DNA of 64,000 nucleotides, from the IMG/VR virus record IMGVR_UViG_3300007171_000004, positions 128,001 to 192,000 of that record. One strand, written 5' to 3'. Shown here piece after piece: positions 20,832-33,900 of the stretch. The stretch is from a virus. Its lineage: Duplodnaviria > Caudoviricetes. The number at the start of each line of letters is the position of its first letter. Within the stretch, counting starts at the first letter, position 1. The position numbers and the translations under genes are program-made. Below the pieces are notes generated by a model that was not told the origin of the DNA, did not search any database, and was given only the letters and a program-made list of their open reading frames with translations.

Positions 20832-23735
20832 TTATGTTCCTACGTTCGCATCTTTAGCGCCATTTATTTGTGCTGTAATTACATTTGTTTTTTTATCAAT
20901 TATATAAGTACATCCAGTATATAAGTATCTATCAGTAATTAATGGTTCCTGATTGCCTATAAATGTCTGAATTGCAAAAGTTCCATATAAAGTTAATGGC
21001 TTACTTACAATACATGTAAATTTTATATCTGAAAAAGTATTTCTTATTATTCTTTTTACTTGTTTGAAATAAATATTTAAACCTGTATAATCTTGCAAAA
21101 ATCCTGATGTGTCTCTTACTAAATGAAATTTCCTATAGCCTACATAGCCAATTTTGGAAGGTACTATTGTTTTATCATCTACACAATCATTCAATCTTTG
21201 TATTCCTAATTCTGTAAGAGCTGTATCATTAATTGAAACAGATCCATCATAAAATTCATTTCTTCCAATAACTGTAGAATCAAAGCCCTGTCCATACATT
21301 TCAAGCCCAGCAGCTAGATTATTAGTTTGTGATGTAATTGTATAGCTACTTGATAAAACTCCATGCCAATTCTTAGGAAATCTAGAGTCAAATTCAGATC
21401 CAGCAGAAAAATCAACTCCAAATGTTTCTCTTTCTCCAATAAAATAAAGAACATCACTAAAAGAAGGCTCATATCTCCAAGTTAATTGAAAATATCTTAA
21501 CTCTGCATTCCAAATAAAAGATGGGAACCCTCTGTAGTTCAAACATTGATTTAAAATACTATTGATTTTAGGAAGAATAAATTCATCACTTCTTGCACTA
21601 AAGTTTCCAGCATCAGGAACACTATATTGACCATAAGATACTTGATTTCTTAAAGCTAATGTATATTCTGAAAATGTAGGATCTTCTGAAGATTCTTGAA
21701 TAAAGAATTGATTTTGAAAACCTGCAGAGAGTATGATTCTTTTAATAATGTCTAAATACTGCATACCTCCAAATTCAATATATGGAATAGTAAAGCGAGT
21801 TTCTTCTAAGACAGAAGTTACATCTTTAAGGCTAATAGAAATCGTGGATCCAGTAGCTGATCTTACTACAGTTACGCTATCATTTATTCCTTGGTAATAT
21901 GTGTAAAGTTCGTCATATCCAGCTTTGATGGTAAATAATAAGACATTGTTCTCAATAGCTTCTAAAATTCTTGCCCCACGTTCAGTAGTATCAATATTTT
22001 TAAGTGTTAACGTTGCAGATCCTGTTATTAAACTATGATTCTGATTTTTACTAGAGTAAATGATATTTACGCTATCAAAATATGGACTTAAATCTCCCCA
22101 ATTTAAATCAACAATACCAGAATCTTTAATTTCAGAAACTGGAGTATTAAGAACAATTTTACGTAAGCAAGGACCCTCGATAGTTGTGTTCCATTGAAAA
22201 TATCCAGTAACAGAAACAGTATTTTTTTTGGTATTTATTGATTTTGATAATTCATAATATCTTATGGTACTTAAATCACTGCTTCGCTTATCTATGAAAG
22301 CTTGTGTGTCAGAAAATTGATCTGTTATTTCAGAATATTGTTCTAAATCCTTAAATTTATGTCTATTGAAAGCTTCATTTACTTTCTCGGCATTAAAAGA
22401 CTCAGTATATTGCTCTTGTGTGCCTTTGAAAGAAAACTTATACTTGTTCTTCAAAGCGTCAAAATCTAATTTACTACTCTTGAGAAACGAATCAGTATCA
22501 AAATTTTTAAAAGCAATTGGAGCATATGTGTAAGAGCAATTAATATTGTTAAACTGGATTTTAATTTTATTTATTTTGTCCGCAGAATGGATAATTTTCT
22601 CATTATAATTTGAATCAGGAGAAATGTTTAACGGAAACAATGTATCCCATTTTGAAGGATTATCATCTGTGCCAATCATTAAGTTAGATCCAACAAAATA
22701 CATGTGAATCTTAAACAAATTACTATCAATAGAAAAATTTAATGGTGGAGCTTCAACAATTGCGCCGACTAAAGGATGATAATATTTTAAGACAATTTTA
22801 GTGTCAACAATTTCTATTCTATAAAAAGAAATTACTGGAAGCAAATTTGAAAATGTAATATCACCTAATTCAACTACAATTCCAGAAACCGAACTAACTG
22901 AATTTGGATTATTATTTTTGGAACTTGCAGATCTATCAAATGTTAAAGTACAACCACTAAAACCATTTGTATTGATTGATTCAGACCTGCGATAAACTTG
23001 TCCATCATTCCATAAAGCACTGTAAGAAAGCTTAGCTCCATTGTTTGCTAAATCTTGCTTTACAGAAAATAGTCTAGTCATAATGCAAGATGAATTTATA
23101 GCAGATACATAAATTTTAGCTGAACCATCGTTTGTATAGACTTGTCTTACAGATGAACCTTTATAAGTTGGTCCATATTTGTATCCATGATATTTAATTA
23201 TTTGAACATCAGAAGATGAAGTTATTCCTTCTTGATACCAAACATTTGGGCTAACAACAGGATAAATAACGTCTGCAAACTTTGAATTCTTTCGAGTCAA
23301 AACAGTAGGAATGTCTGTAACTTCGTTAAGTTGTAACTGATCTGTGTAAATGCTCGAATATCTTGCAGTTAAATCCAAATCAGATGAATAATTTACAGTA
23401 TAATTTGGACCCTTGATGAGATTGAAAACCGGATGTACATCATCAGGAGCTAATGCTCCATAGACAAATGTACATTCAGGTGCACCAATGTTAGTATTAA
23501 TTGTTGGTAAATACGTCCCAGCATTAGAATTGCTATAAACTAAACCTGTAGTTGCAATTTTTCTATTACCTTTATTGTCTATAGCATATGAAGATTTTCT
23601 ACCTAAAACAAACTTCTCTCCACCATCAAATACTGCAGATACATTACCGCCAGGATAAGTACCGTCTTGTGGATAGTATAATGCTGAAACAGTACAACTA
23701 ATCTTTAATTCTCTTGTGTCATCTAAAAGTGGCAT
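20832..23735 (-). CDS. Baseplate hub / Tal-like protein (T4 gp27/Mu gp44-like fold in the C-terminal half)
   Basis: C-terminal pattern typical of hub proteins (SISLKDVTSVLEETRF..YLDIIKRII..ILPKINSIL..PSFIWN..; terminal strands YLYTGCTYIID..ITAQING); position upstream of fibre genes. Confidence 0.55.
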   Translation of the reverse strand: MPLLDDTRELKISCTVSALYYPQDGTYPGGNVSAVFDGGEKFVLGRKSSYAIDNKGNRKIATTGLVYSNSNAGTYLPTINTNIGAPECTFVYGALAPDDVHPVFNLIKGPNYTVNYSSDLDLTARYSSIYTDQLQLNEVTDIPTVLTRKNSKFADVIYPVVSPNVWYQEGITSSSDVQIIKYHGYKYGPTYKGSSVRQVYTNDGSAKIYVSAINSSCIMTRLFSVKQDLANNGAKLSYSALWNDGQVYRRSESINTNGFSGCTLTFDRSASSKNNNPNSVSSVSGIVVELGDITFSNLLPVISFYRIEIVDTKIVLKYYHPLVGAIVEAPPLNFSIDSNLFKIHMYFVGSNLMIGTDDNPSKWDTLFPLNISPDSNYNEKIIHSADKINKIKIQFNNINCSYTYAPIAFKNFDTDSFLKSSKLDFDALKNKYKFSFKGTQEQYTESFNAEKVNEAFNRHKFKDLEQYSEITDQFSDTQAFIDKRSSDLSTIRYYELSKSINTKKNTVSVTGYFQWNTTIEGPCLRKIVLNTPVSEIKDSGIVDLNWGDLSPYFDSVNIIYSSKNQNHSLITGSATLTLKNIDTTERGARILEAIENNVLLFTIKAGYDELYTYYQGINDSVTVVRSATGSTISISLKDVTSVLEETRFTIPYIEFGGMQYLDIIKRIILSAGFQNQFFIQESSEDPTFSEYTLALRNQVSYGQYSVPDAGNFSARSDEFILPKINSILNQCLNYRGFPSFIWNAELRYFQLTWRYEPSFSDVLYFIGERETFGVDFSAGSEFDSRFPKNWHGVLSSSYTITSQTNNLAAGLEMYGQGFDSTVIGRNEFYDGSVSINDTALTELGIQRLNDCVDDKTIVPSKIGYVGYRKFHLVRDTSGFLQDYTGLNIYFKQVKRIIRNTFSDIKFTCIVSKPLTLYGTFAIQTFIGNQEPLITDRYLYTGCTYIIDKKTNVITAQINGAKDANVGT

Positions 23736-26700
23736 TATGCATATCCTATCGAATTATTAACATTCCCATCAGCAAATAATATTCTGGATTTTAATTTGTC
23801 TTGTGAATCTTTATACCAAATATGTAGTTCACCTTGTTTACCGGGATTGTTAGAAATTAGTAACCCAGGCTTTTGAGAAGGAACATTGGTTTCAACTTCT
23901 CCAGATTGCTTGACAGAAATATAGCCTATATTTACCATAGCTTCAAGGGCGCTATCTAAACTATTATTTGCCGAATCGAAAGTTCTGCTACCTGCCACAA
24001 GATTCAAAATAGGTGCAATAGATATAATTTCTTGCGACCCATGTAAGTAATCGTGATTAGGATTTATTATAGCTACAAAGATTCTACCTGCACACCAAAA
24101 GGCTAAACAATATGTATTTTCGATATGATTATATTGCAAATTTAATCCTTTGATTTTTAATGTAGAAGGTATTAATATGCCGGTGTTTTTCATCTCAATA
24201 ATAGGAAACTGTTCAGATGGAATTTCATTATTTACAGTTTTGCCGTAAATAGATCCGGGATTGCTAGCAGAAGAATAGCAGACAAATACATTTCCATATT
24301 TATCAAGTGCAATTCCAGGAAAAGTATTTTCTGGAGAATCAGAATCTTGAGAATCTGCATGAATCAAAAAATTATCATTCTCAGATGTTTTTACTCCAGC
24401 AATCCATACAAATCTATTTTCAGAAACACCATTTGAAAAAACAACAGTTGGATTAGCAAGACTATAAACTACTTTATTGTTTTCTAAAATTCCAACAATA
24501 TGAGTTAAATCATTAATCATATTATTAGCTGTGCTTGCAAAATTAAGACTGTTCAATATTTTAGATGAATTATTAAATGAGTTGTCTTCTGAATCAAAAC
24601 CTATTCTAGACCAACTTCTCTCTCTGCCAGCTGAAAAATTATAATATCCATCAACCGAATTTATCTGTTCGCCAGTTTGACCTAATAATAAACCTAAAGA
24701 TTTATTTCCGTAAAGAGAGTGATTGTTATTATTCATGGTAAAAAGCTGTGGATTATTACCTTTTATTTCAACAGTAGCTTCACCATTCATACCAGCAAGA
24801 TTAGTTTTGGTAAAGAAATTTAATTCGTTTGAATTAGTGGAAAAATATTTGACATAATTTCTGCCATCAGAGAATGTAATAGCTGTAGAAGGATCATCAA
24901 AAGCCACATGAGTAGAAAATGACAAATTATCTTCTACTGCAGTGACCGATATCTCACCAATTTCAGCTTCTCCGGGTACAGTCCTAAACCAGAAATCTTT
25001 GTTTGTATATCCTAATGCTCCAGATCTTACTTCAGTAGAATTCGGCATTGAGAGCTGCCAAGTAGGGGAGTATAGACAACCACTTACATTTAGACCGTCT
25101 GTGATAGTAGTTATCATTGTATCTTTTAAATCATCATCTAAAATAAACCAACAACTTGAATCGTCAAAGGCTATTCCTGGCACTAAATCTAAATCTTCAT
25201 AAAATCCTGGAGAACCCAATTTAGAATCAGAAGCATCTAAATCTAAAAATTTAACTGTATGAGAAGTTATTTCAATAGATTCTAATTCATAAAACAGCTC
25301 TGTAAATCCAAATTCAGTTCTAATATCGCCTAGAGATTTATCAGCAAATAAAGCATATGGATATAAATTAATTCTTAATATTAATTGTGAATTATTATTG
25401 CCTGTAAGAAATGGGAATGCAACATCAAATTTAAAATCATAAACTTTGTTTAAATAACCGGACTTATATATTCTCTCGACAACATTGCCATCTAAAGAAA
25501 TTGAGAATATCTCATATGAAATCCTGAAGTTTAGAAAAGTCTCTATCTTCATTCCTAAATTTGATGGTTTTATTGAAATTTGCCATGTTCCAATGTCAAC
25601 TTTAGCTGAATTTAATGGTCTTATTAATGTGCAAAAGTCAAATATAAAAGATAGTTTGGGATTAAAAGATTCAGCAAAAGAATCAAAATATAATCTTACC
25701 AAAGGTCTTTCATTAACTTCGTCTTGCATAATCAATAAATCTTGGAATGCATTATCAGAATTAGTCTTGGCTATACCTTTATATAAAATATATTCCCCAA
25801 CTTCTGTGCCGTTAACGAGACTTTTAGACACAACAAAAGGTTCAGGTAATTTTGTATATTTAGCATTATCAAACTCAGAAGCTTTTCTTGGATATAAAGT
25901 TGCTGTAATTGCTCTTTGTATAGGAGTTTGTATACCATCACTAGTCGAAGATAAATCAAAAACTACAGTTGGGGTATAAAGCAATTCTTTTTCACTAAAC
26001 TTCTTATTTTTATATTCATCATTAAGTGAAGAAATTGCATATATCCCAACACAAAGTTTATAAGATGTTGCTCCTGAAACTTGAAATCCTTTAACTTCTG
26101 CTGCATATCTAACCAGATCAATAAAAGTAAAATCAGAAGAAATCGAGGATGATACAAAAACTTCATCTAAAGAAGAAGGCTTACCTATTTGAGCCTGAGT
26201 TATATTATTACTATATTTGAAAATAATTTCATTAACATCTCTATATTGGTGAAAATTAGCGGTATTTGGAACAAAATCTTTTGGAACAAACCATATTCTA
26301 GCAATAATATGTGTGTTTGCCATATTTAATTTATCTATAACCTTCGCAGTTACTTTAAATGTATATGCACCTTGAGAAGCTGAAATTGAGGGTTCATAGC
26401 TGAATTTATCATCGCTAACAAAAAACAAAATAGGATCTAAGGCGTTAATAGCGTTCATGCTAAAGTCACCAGATTTATTTGGATTTATTAAAAGTGGTTT
26501 ACCCGAATGCTCCGAAGAATCTGTTGAACTATACAAAGTTTCTTCATTCATAACCAGAGCTGAATTATAATGATCCAGCTCAGGAGTGATAGATTCTTGA
26601 TATGTAGAGCCATCTGGGTATCTGACAAAGACTCTAAATTTTATATCATTAAAAGAAAAGCCTGTACTATTAATAAATCTATAAATATAAGGGGCAACGA

Positions 26701-27937
26701 AATTCTCAGTATTTCCTAAAGTTGATGTAATCGTGTGAACTAAAGACCATTCATCACTTTCTTTTGGGGCAACTTGAATTTGTAAAGAAGACCAATCTTC
26801 ATTTATATTTAATTTTGGAAGTGATAATATTCTTGATTTAGAATAAACACTTTGATTCAAAAAAGATAGATTTAACTGCTTGCTTTCAGCTATTGTGCTA
26901 ATAATTCTTGTGAAGTATAATCCAGATCCTGACAATTGCCCCATACTTAAAATTGCTAATGGATCTAATACAGTTACAGGCCAGGAAAATATTAAAAATC
27001 TCAAAGAAACTGAATGTGCAAATCCAGGACTATTAAATGTTTGCGTTGGATCAAAAAGTTTTATATGAAGATTAGGTCGTTTAAAATCTATCGAAGTTGG
27101 AAAATATAATGACCTGACTGTTGGATTATAATTAAATAAAGTAGGAAATGCATAACTCAAAACATTACATGGAACTTGCTCATCTCTTAAATTAACTTTC
27201 TGAGCGTCAAATAGGTAAATTTTATATATAGAAAGTCTTACAGAAGGAGCATTTCCTAGTACTTTAATTTGAATATTTGATACTTCTGCAAAATCTGTTG
27301 TAACAACTCCACTCCCAAATCTAATAGTTGTCTCCCTTTGAGTTAATAATGTTGCATCAGAATTTCTAAGACCAGTAGCTTTTAATTCAAGTTTATCCTT
27401 ATTAGAATCAATTTTTGGATCAGGGTATTCTTTACCATCAATCAAAACAGTACCTAAAACATACTTATTCATATCTACATTAAAAGAAGCTTCAGGATTA
27501 TTTCTATTGTTTATAATCTCTTGATAATCAGCTGTATCAACTATAGAAGATAATTTTGGATCAAATGGAGATATAGATAGAGTGTATACAATCTTAATTG
27601 CCGATAATCTAGATTTAGAATTTAAGTCAATCGAATATAAAGAATTAATTCCATCAACTGTAAATGGAGTATTTGTAGCAAACTTTGTGAATGATGCTGG
27701 ATTTGCTAACAATCTAAAAGCATTCACAAAAGGAAAATCAAATGAATTCTTACTTGACTTCAACTCACCTTTGTAAGAAACTTTGACACTTTTATCAACA
27801 ACATCATTTCTGAACTTGCCATTTTCCAGACCCAAAGTTAAAAATCCCGTAGGTATTGAAGCACCAGTAGCCAAAGTTGTTGGATACCAATTAAAATTAC
27901 CTAAAAACGGTTTTCTTGTAGGATTTTCAAATGGCAT
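23735..27937 (-). CDS. Large baseplate/distal tail protein (1400 aa)
   Basis: Beta-rich ORF between the Asn-rich protein and the hub-like gene; C-terminal propeller-like blades (FPGIALDKYGNVFVCY). Confidence 0.5.
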   Translation of the reverse strand: MPFENPTRKPFLGNFNWYPTTLATGASIPTGFLTLGLENGKFRNDVVDKSVKVSYKGELKSSKNSFDFPFVNAFRLLANPASFTKFATNTPFTVDGINSLYSIDLNSKSRLSAIKIVYTLSISPFDPKLSSIVDTADYQEIINNRNNPEASFNVDMNKYVLGTVLIDGKEYPDPKIDSNKDKLELKATGLRNSDATLLTQRETTIRFGSGVVTTDFAEVSNIQIKVLGNAPSVRLSIYKIYLFDAQKVNLRDEQVPCNVLSYAFPTLFNYNPTVRSLYFPTSIDFKRPNLHIKLFDPTQTFNSPGFAHSVSLRFLIFSWPVTVLDPLAILSMGQLSGSGLYFTRIISTIAESKQLNLSFLNQSVYSKSRILSLPKLNINEDWSSLQIQVAPKESDEWSLVHTITSTLGNTENFVAPYIYRFINSTGFSFNDIKFRVFVRYPDGSTYQESITPELDHYNSALVMNEETLYSSTDSSEHSGKPLLINPNKSGDFSMNAINALDPILFFVSDDKFSYEPSISASQGAYTFKVTAKVIDKLNMANTHIIARIWFVPKDFVPNTANFHQYRDVNEIIFKYSNNITQAQIGKPSSLDEVFVSSSISSDFTFIDLVRYAAEVKGFQVSGATSYKLCVGIYAISSLNDEYKNKKFSEKELLYTPTVVFDLSSTSDGIQTPIQRAITATLYPRKASEFDNAKYTKLPEPFVVSKSLVNGTEVGEYILYKGIAKTNSDNAFQDLLIMQDEVNERPLVRLYFDSFAESFNPKLSFIFDFCTLIRPLNSAKVDIGTWQISIKPSNLGMKIETFLNFRISYEIFSISLDGNVVERIYKSGYLNKVYDFKFDVAFPFLTGNNNSQLILRINLYPYALFADKSLGDIRTEFGFTELFYELESIEITSHTVKFLDLDASDSKLGSPGFYEDLDLVPGIAFDDSSCWFILDDDLKDTMITTITDGLNVSGCLYSPTWQLSMPNSTEVRSGALGYTNKDFWFRTVPGEAEIGEISVTAVEDNLSFSTHVAFDDPSTAITFSDGRNYVKYFSTNSNELNFFTKTNLAGMNGEATVEIKGNNPQLFTMNNNNHSLYGNKSLGLLLGQTGEQINSVDGYYNFSAGRERSWSRIGFDSEDNSFNNSSKILNSLNFASTANNMINDLTHIVGILENNKVVYSLANPTVVFSNGVSENRFVWIAGVKTSENDNFLIHADSQDSDSPENTFPGIALDKYGNVFVCYSSASNPGSIYGKTVNNEIPSEQFPIIEMKNTGILIPSTLKIKGLNLQYNHIENTYCLAFWCAGRIFVAIINPNHDYLHGSQEIISIAPILNLVAGSRTFDSANNSLDSALEAMVNIGYISVKQSGEVETNVPSQKPGLLISNNPGKQGELHIWYKDSQDKLKSRILFADGNVNNSIGYA

Positions 27938-27938
27938 T

Positions 27939-30900
27939 TTATGATCTCATAAGTTTATTAATCGAATCTTGAATATAATTCAGTATTCTCTTATTTACAT
28001 CTGTTGACAAGACTTCAAGCTTTAAATTGGTCTTTTTCTCTATCTCTTGAATGATTGTCTCTTTATATATCTTAAACTGATTCTTTGTGACAAACTGTTC
28101 AACTTGCTTATCATTATTTTCTTTTAATTTTTTCTCAATAACGTTGTCAACAATCTGCATAACTCTTTCAACTTCTTTTTGATTATTAACAGATGTATTC
28201 ATAAATGTTGTATTGAAACTACTATCGCCAGATTTTGAAATTAATTGAGTCATGAAAGTATCATTCTTTTCAAATAATCTGTTAATACCTTGCATGAGAA
28301 TATTTTCAACATATTCTTCGGATTCAATATTATTATTTGTTATATTATCCTGTTTCTTACTAAATGGAGATTTACCATTACCATAATTATTTGTAGAGTA
28401 ATTATTAACTGTCTCATTTTTAATTAGATCCACATACTTATCCAAGGAGCCTAAAATTATTTGATCTTGAATGTCACTATAAGGAGAAGCAGAATTTATA
28501 TATGACTGGCTTTGATCGTATCTTATTGTTTCTAAAAGACTATTATTGACGTAAGAATTTTGCTGATTGTAAATATTATTAGTTGATCTTGAGTTAGATG
28601 AATTATTAGGCTTAGAAGGTGAGTAATATTTTCCTGTAAGTCTATCTATTCTTAATTGCTCTTGGGTAACAACTGGATTTGAATTATTATAAATATTAGA
28701 GAAATTAGCTTGCTCTTGATTATATTCTGTAAAGTTTCTAGTATTTTGAGTATTATTTGTCTCATTATATTCATTCACAGCATTATCATAATAAGTTTCA
28801 GTATATAAATTATCAGAACTAAAGAATTCATTTGATCCAGATTTCAAGTCCACATAATTAACTGGTTTATTCTCTGTGACATTTAAGCTATTCTGATATC
28901 TAGACAAATGAGATTCAAAACTATCTTTATTAAAATTATTGTTTACATTAATAATTTTTCTTTTGCTTTTTCTATTTGAAGTATTATTTGTAACTGAAGA
29001 AGATTTTGTATCCCCTTCTATATTTTGATTATTGAAAGTTTGGTTTGTAGTAGAATTTACATCTGAATAATTTTGAGTATTTAAAGTTTCTTGGTTATAT
29101 ACAGTTGAAGAATCATTATTTACTGTAGATGATTGTGTGTTGTATTCATTATTTTCTGTGGACGAATAGTTAGCAGAATCATTTTGATAATATTCTTCTG
29201 TTTCTAAAGTAATCTGCTCTTCAGAGATGTTTACATTTGTATCTCCATCTTCGTAATTGGAATTTTCAGAATTATATGTTGTATTATTATTCTCATTAGA
29301 TACATTATTTGAAGATTGATTATAACTCTGATTATTATTAGTAGTATTACCCTCTACGTTTTGATTAGATACATTTACACTCGAAACTGTCTGATCATTG
29401 CTAATATTATCAACATTAACATTGTTTTGGAAATTATAACTTTCAGTAACAAGTTGCTCAGAAGAATTTACTATATTATTTGATTGAACATTATTAAGAC
29501 TATTTGATATGTTAGTCTGAGAACTGTTATTTGTGTTATTGTTTTGAATACTAGCATTATTTGTTTCTATATTTACATTTTCTTCAGAACTATTTGACTC
29601 ATTATTAGTAACAGAATTTACATTTTGGCTTTGAGAGTTATAGATATCAAAATTATCAGTATTGCCTTCATAATATTCTTCAGTCTGTAAAGTACTCTGA
29701 TTATTGCTTACGCTTGAAGAGATATTATTATCAGTATTTGTAATATCTTGTTTTAATTCATTAGTGACATTCTGGTTATTGGATTCTGCAGATGAGTTAT
29801 TATAAACATTGTTGGTTTCAGAATTATATCCATTGGTTACAGTAGAACTTAAATTAGTTACCTCTGTCTGATTAACAATATTCTGACTATTATCTTGTGT
29901 ATTAAATGCAGTATTTTCTACATCATATTGTTCAGTATTTAAAGTTTCTTGATTATTGACAACAGAATCATTTGAGTTAATATTTAAAGATGTGCTATTA
30001 TTTACTACAGACTCATTAATATTAGACTGTGTATTATTTTCTATATTAGTATTATTCGTATTTGATTCTTGACTGCTAATGTATTCTTGGTTATTTTCAG
30101 AACTATAGGCATCTTGCTGACTATTTGAATTGTTTGTAGTATTCTGATTATATGTGTTATTGTCTGTGGAATTTATATTCTGATTATTGACAATATTTTC
30201 GGAATTAGTTGTTTGATTTAAGACTGTATTAGAATCTGATGAAATATTATTCTGAGTACTATTAAAGCTTTCAGAAGAGCTATAATTTTCAGTATTTAAT
30301 GTCTCTTGATTAATTAAATTTTGGTTAGACTCATTATTAACTGTCTCAAATTCCATGTTAGTAAGATTTTGAGAGTTGTTGATATTTTGGCTATTATTGT
30401 CTTGAGTATAGTTTTCAGTATTTAATGTCTGTTGATAGCTCTCGTTGAAAGTGTTATTTTGGTCCTTAAATGAGTTATTTTCCTCAGTATTAACCGTTTG
30501 ATTGTTGATGTTAAGATTGTCTGTATTTTGTTCATTAATTGTGCTATTTATCTGGACATTTTGATTCTGATTATTTATATCTGTCTGTTCATAAGAAGTA
30601 GACTCATTAATATTAAATTCATTTGAGTTTTGATTATTAATATTGCTTACAGATGAAGTATTATTGATATTATTGCCCGACGATGTGTAATTTACTTCCT
30701 CACTATTTTGATTGATATTTGTATTATTGCTACTTTGACTGAGATCTAGATTTGTATAGTTTTCTGTATTTAAAGTCTCTTGATTAACGATATTTTCTTG
30801 TTCAATTTCAGAGCTATTACTTACATTATTAGATTGGTTATTAATTTCCGTAGAATAATTATAATTTTCTTGAGATAGATAATTTTCTGTATTTAAAGTT

Positions 30901-33900
30901 TCTTGACTACTAAAATTTTCGTACTTATTTTCATTATTTGTATTCTGACTATTGTAATTTTGTTCAATATCGTTAGATTCAATATTTTCAGTATTTACAT
31001 TTGTCTCGTTATAATTTGATTCAGTATTAGATGTAGAGTTTTGAACTGAGGAATTATTTGAAGAGTTGGCAATATTAGTTGTAGAATTTTGCTCTTGATT
31101 AACATTCTGATTAAAAGTCTCAGAAGTTGTCTCGTTAAAATTTTGAGTATTTTCTTGGCTATTAGTTACATTGCTCGTAGTTGCATCATTTTGTGTATAT
31201 TGTTCAGAATTATAGATGTTTTCAGCACTATTATATGATTCTGTATTCAATGTCTCTTGAGTAAAGTTATTCTCTTCATAAGCATTTGATAAATTGTTTT
31301 CAGAAATATTTACTGTACTAGAATTTTGATTATTGATATTATTGCTATTATTGTTATCAGTGTAGTTTTCAGTTGCCAAAGTCTCATAATTATTGGTTTC
31401 AGATTGAGAATTTTCTGAATTAAATGTTTGAGAATTTTCCTGATTAATTAAAGACTCCTGATTATTAACATTAGTCGTACTAGAGTTATTTTGAATATTT
31501 GTTTCAGATTCAAAGATTTCTTGATTAGATTGATTTGTCTGATTATTATTTTGTTGATTATAATTATTTTCAATATTATTATTTGAAACGTTATTATCAA
31601 TATTATTTTCAGAACTAATCTTATTATTTACATTTTGAGTTGAAGAGACATTATTTTCTGATATAGAGCTATTTGAGACATCTAGATTATTAAAATTTTG
31701 TAGGCTATCTCCATTGATTGTTGAAGAATAATTTTCAGTGTTTAATGTCTCTTGAGAATCGATAAAAGTATTAGATTCATTATTAGAAACATTATTTGAT
31801 ACATTTGTTTCATTAAATGCTAAAGATTCATTGGATACAAATTCGTTATTCTCTTCATTTTCGTTTTTATTTACAGTTGTTTGATTAGAAGAAATAGATG
31901 TATTGTTTTGGTTCTGATTATTTTCCAAACTAGAATTTACAACATTATCATTAAAAACGGATGTAGATTCTTCATTCATGGAAACAGAAGAAGAGTCATT
32001 TTTAATTACGTTTTGATTAATTACGTTTTCTGTAGATGAATTTTCAGTTGTTAAGTTATTCTTTATAACTGCTTCATAATTTTCAGTATTAAGTGTTTCC
32101 TGGTTTACAAAAGTTGAATCAGATGCTAAATTTTCAGTATTAAAATTGTTATATTCACTATTTGATAATTCTTCAGTATTTGAAACATTAGAGTTATTTG
32201 AAGATGAATTGTTTGTTACATTGTTATTTTCTGTAATGATTGAAGATTGATTGTTTAGAACATCCACATTGCTGTTTAAAGTATTATCTTCAATGATAGT
32301 CTGATTAGATTCATTGCTTTCAGACTTAGAATTGTTTACATTTGAGTTCTGAACATTTGTATTATGAATAGATGAATTATCAATAATTGTGGAATTATTT
32401 TGATTATCCACAGAAACATAATCACTTTGTTGTGTATTACTTTCAGAATAATTTTCAGTGTTTAATTTCTCTTCAAAAAACTCATTGTTCTGTACACTGT
32501 TTAAATTAGTCTGTTCTGCAACATTACTTGTCTGATTGTTAATAAAGCTTTCGTTTGTAACATTTTCAGAATTATAGTTATTCTCTAAAGATTCTTGACT
32601 GTTTATTTCTGTTGAGCTAATATTTGTGGATTCAAAGTTCGCTGTATTATTAATCTCATCGTATTGATTTACATTACTAGCGAATGATGAAGATTGGTTC
32701 TGCTCATTGATGTTAGTAGTTGATGAGCTTGAATATTGATTGTTAACTGAATTTAGATTATTTTCATTATTTGATATATCAGTGTTGTTGGTTGTATTAT
32801 TTGTATTTTCAGAATTAACATTTAAGCTCTGATTATCAATATAATTTTCAGAATAATTAACCTCAGAAGAATAAGTCTCAGTGAATAACTTTTCTTCTGT
32901 AATGTTTAAGTTTTCTGCATTGTTGAAGTTAGTTTGATTAGTATTGCTAAAATTATTTTGAGCAGAGCTATTATCTACATCTATGTTGCTAGTAGTCTCA
33001 TTTATAACAGATTCATTGCTAAATTTATTTTCTTTATTTTCAGTTGTATTTTGGATATTAAGATCACTATTATTTTGAACACTCTCATTGCTACTAAAAT
33101 TGTCTGTCTGATTTATTGTTTCAGAATTATCAATTGTAGACTGACTATTACTTGAATTAACCTCATGCGTATTAGAAACTTGATTATTTTCAATATTCTC
33201 TGAGTTATTTAAATTTGTGACATTTTGAATATTCTCATTATCACTAGAATAATAATTTTCAGTATTTAATGTTTCCTCAGTAACAGAAGAGTTATTAAAT
33301 GTAGCACTATTTTCTTCAGTTAAATTGTTTGATAGATTTGAGGATTCAGTATTATTTGTAATTGAATTAGTTTCATTATTACTTATATTTTGATTTAAAG
33401 TTGTGGAATCAAAATTATTTACAGAATTGTCTACAGAATTAACTTGATCTCCTGAAATGTTTGAATCATATTGCTCTGTATTTAAAACTTCTTCTTCAAT
33501 AATAGTTTCAGTTATATTTATATCAATTTGCTGGCTATCTGTATTACTAGTAAAATTTTCTGAATTATTGTTAATGTTTGAAGAATAATTTTCAGTTACA
33601 TCAGTATTTTCATTTGACGTATTAAAATTCTGATTAACATTATTTGTCAGGTTATTGTTATTGACTAATTCAGAATTTGAGGAGTTATTGTTTGAAACAA
33701 ATGTGTCATAATATTCTGTATTTAAAGATTCTTCGTTGTTAATAATTGACTCATTTGAAACATTGAAGCTACTATTATCGATATTTTGATTGTTAGTTAT
33801 ATTTTGGTTAACAATCTGCTCATTGTTTACATTTTGATTATTCTCTGTGTTAGTAATATTTTGAGTGTTGTAAATCTGATCGGTTGTTTGATTTATTATG

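Noticed and set aside
28791-33731. Repeated 27-30 nt motif could be read as a CRISPR-like array or DGR template/variable repeats
   Set aside because: Copies are in frame within one ORF, vary mainly at synonymous positions, are 120-420 nt apart, and no cas or reverse transcriptase gene is present.
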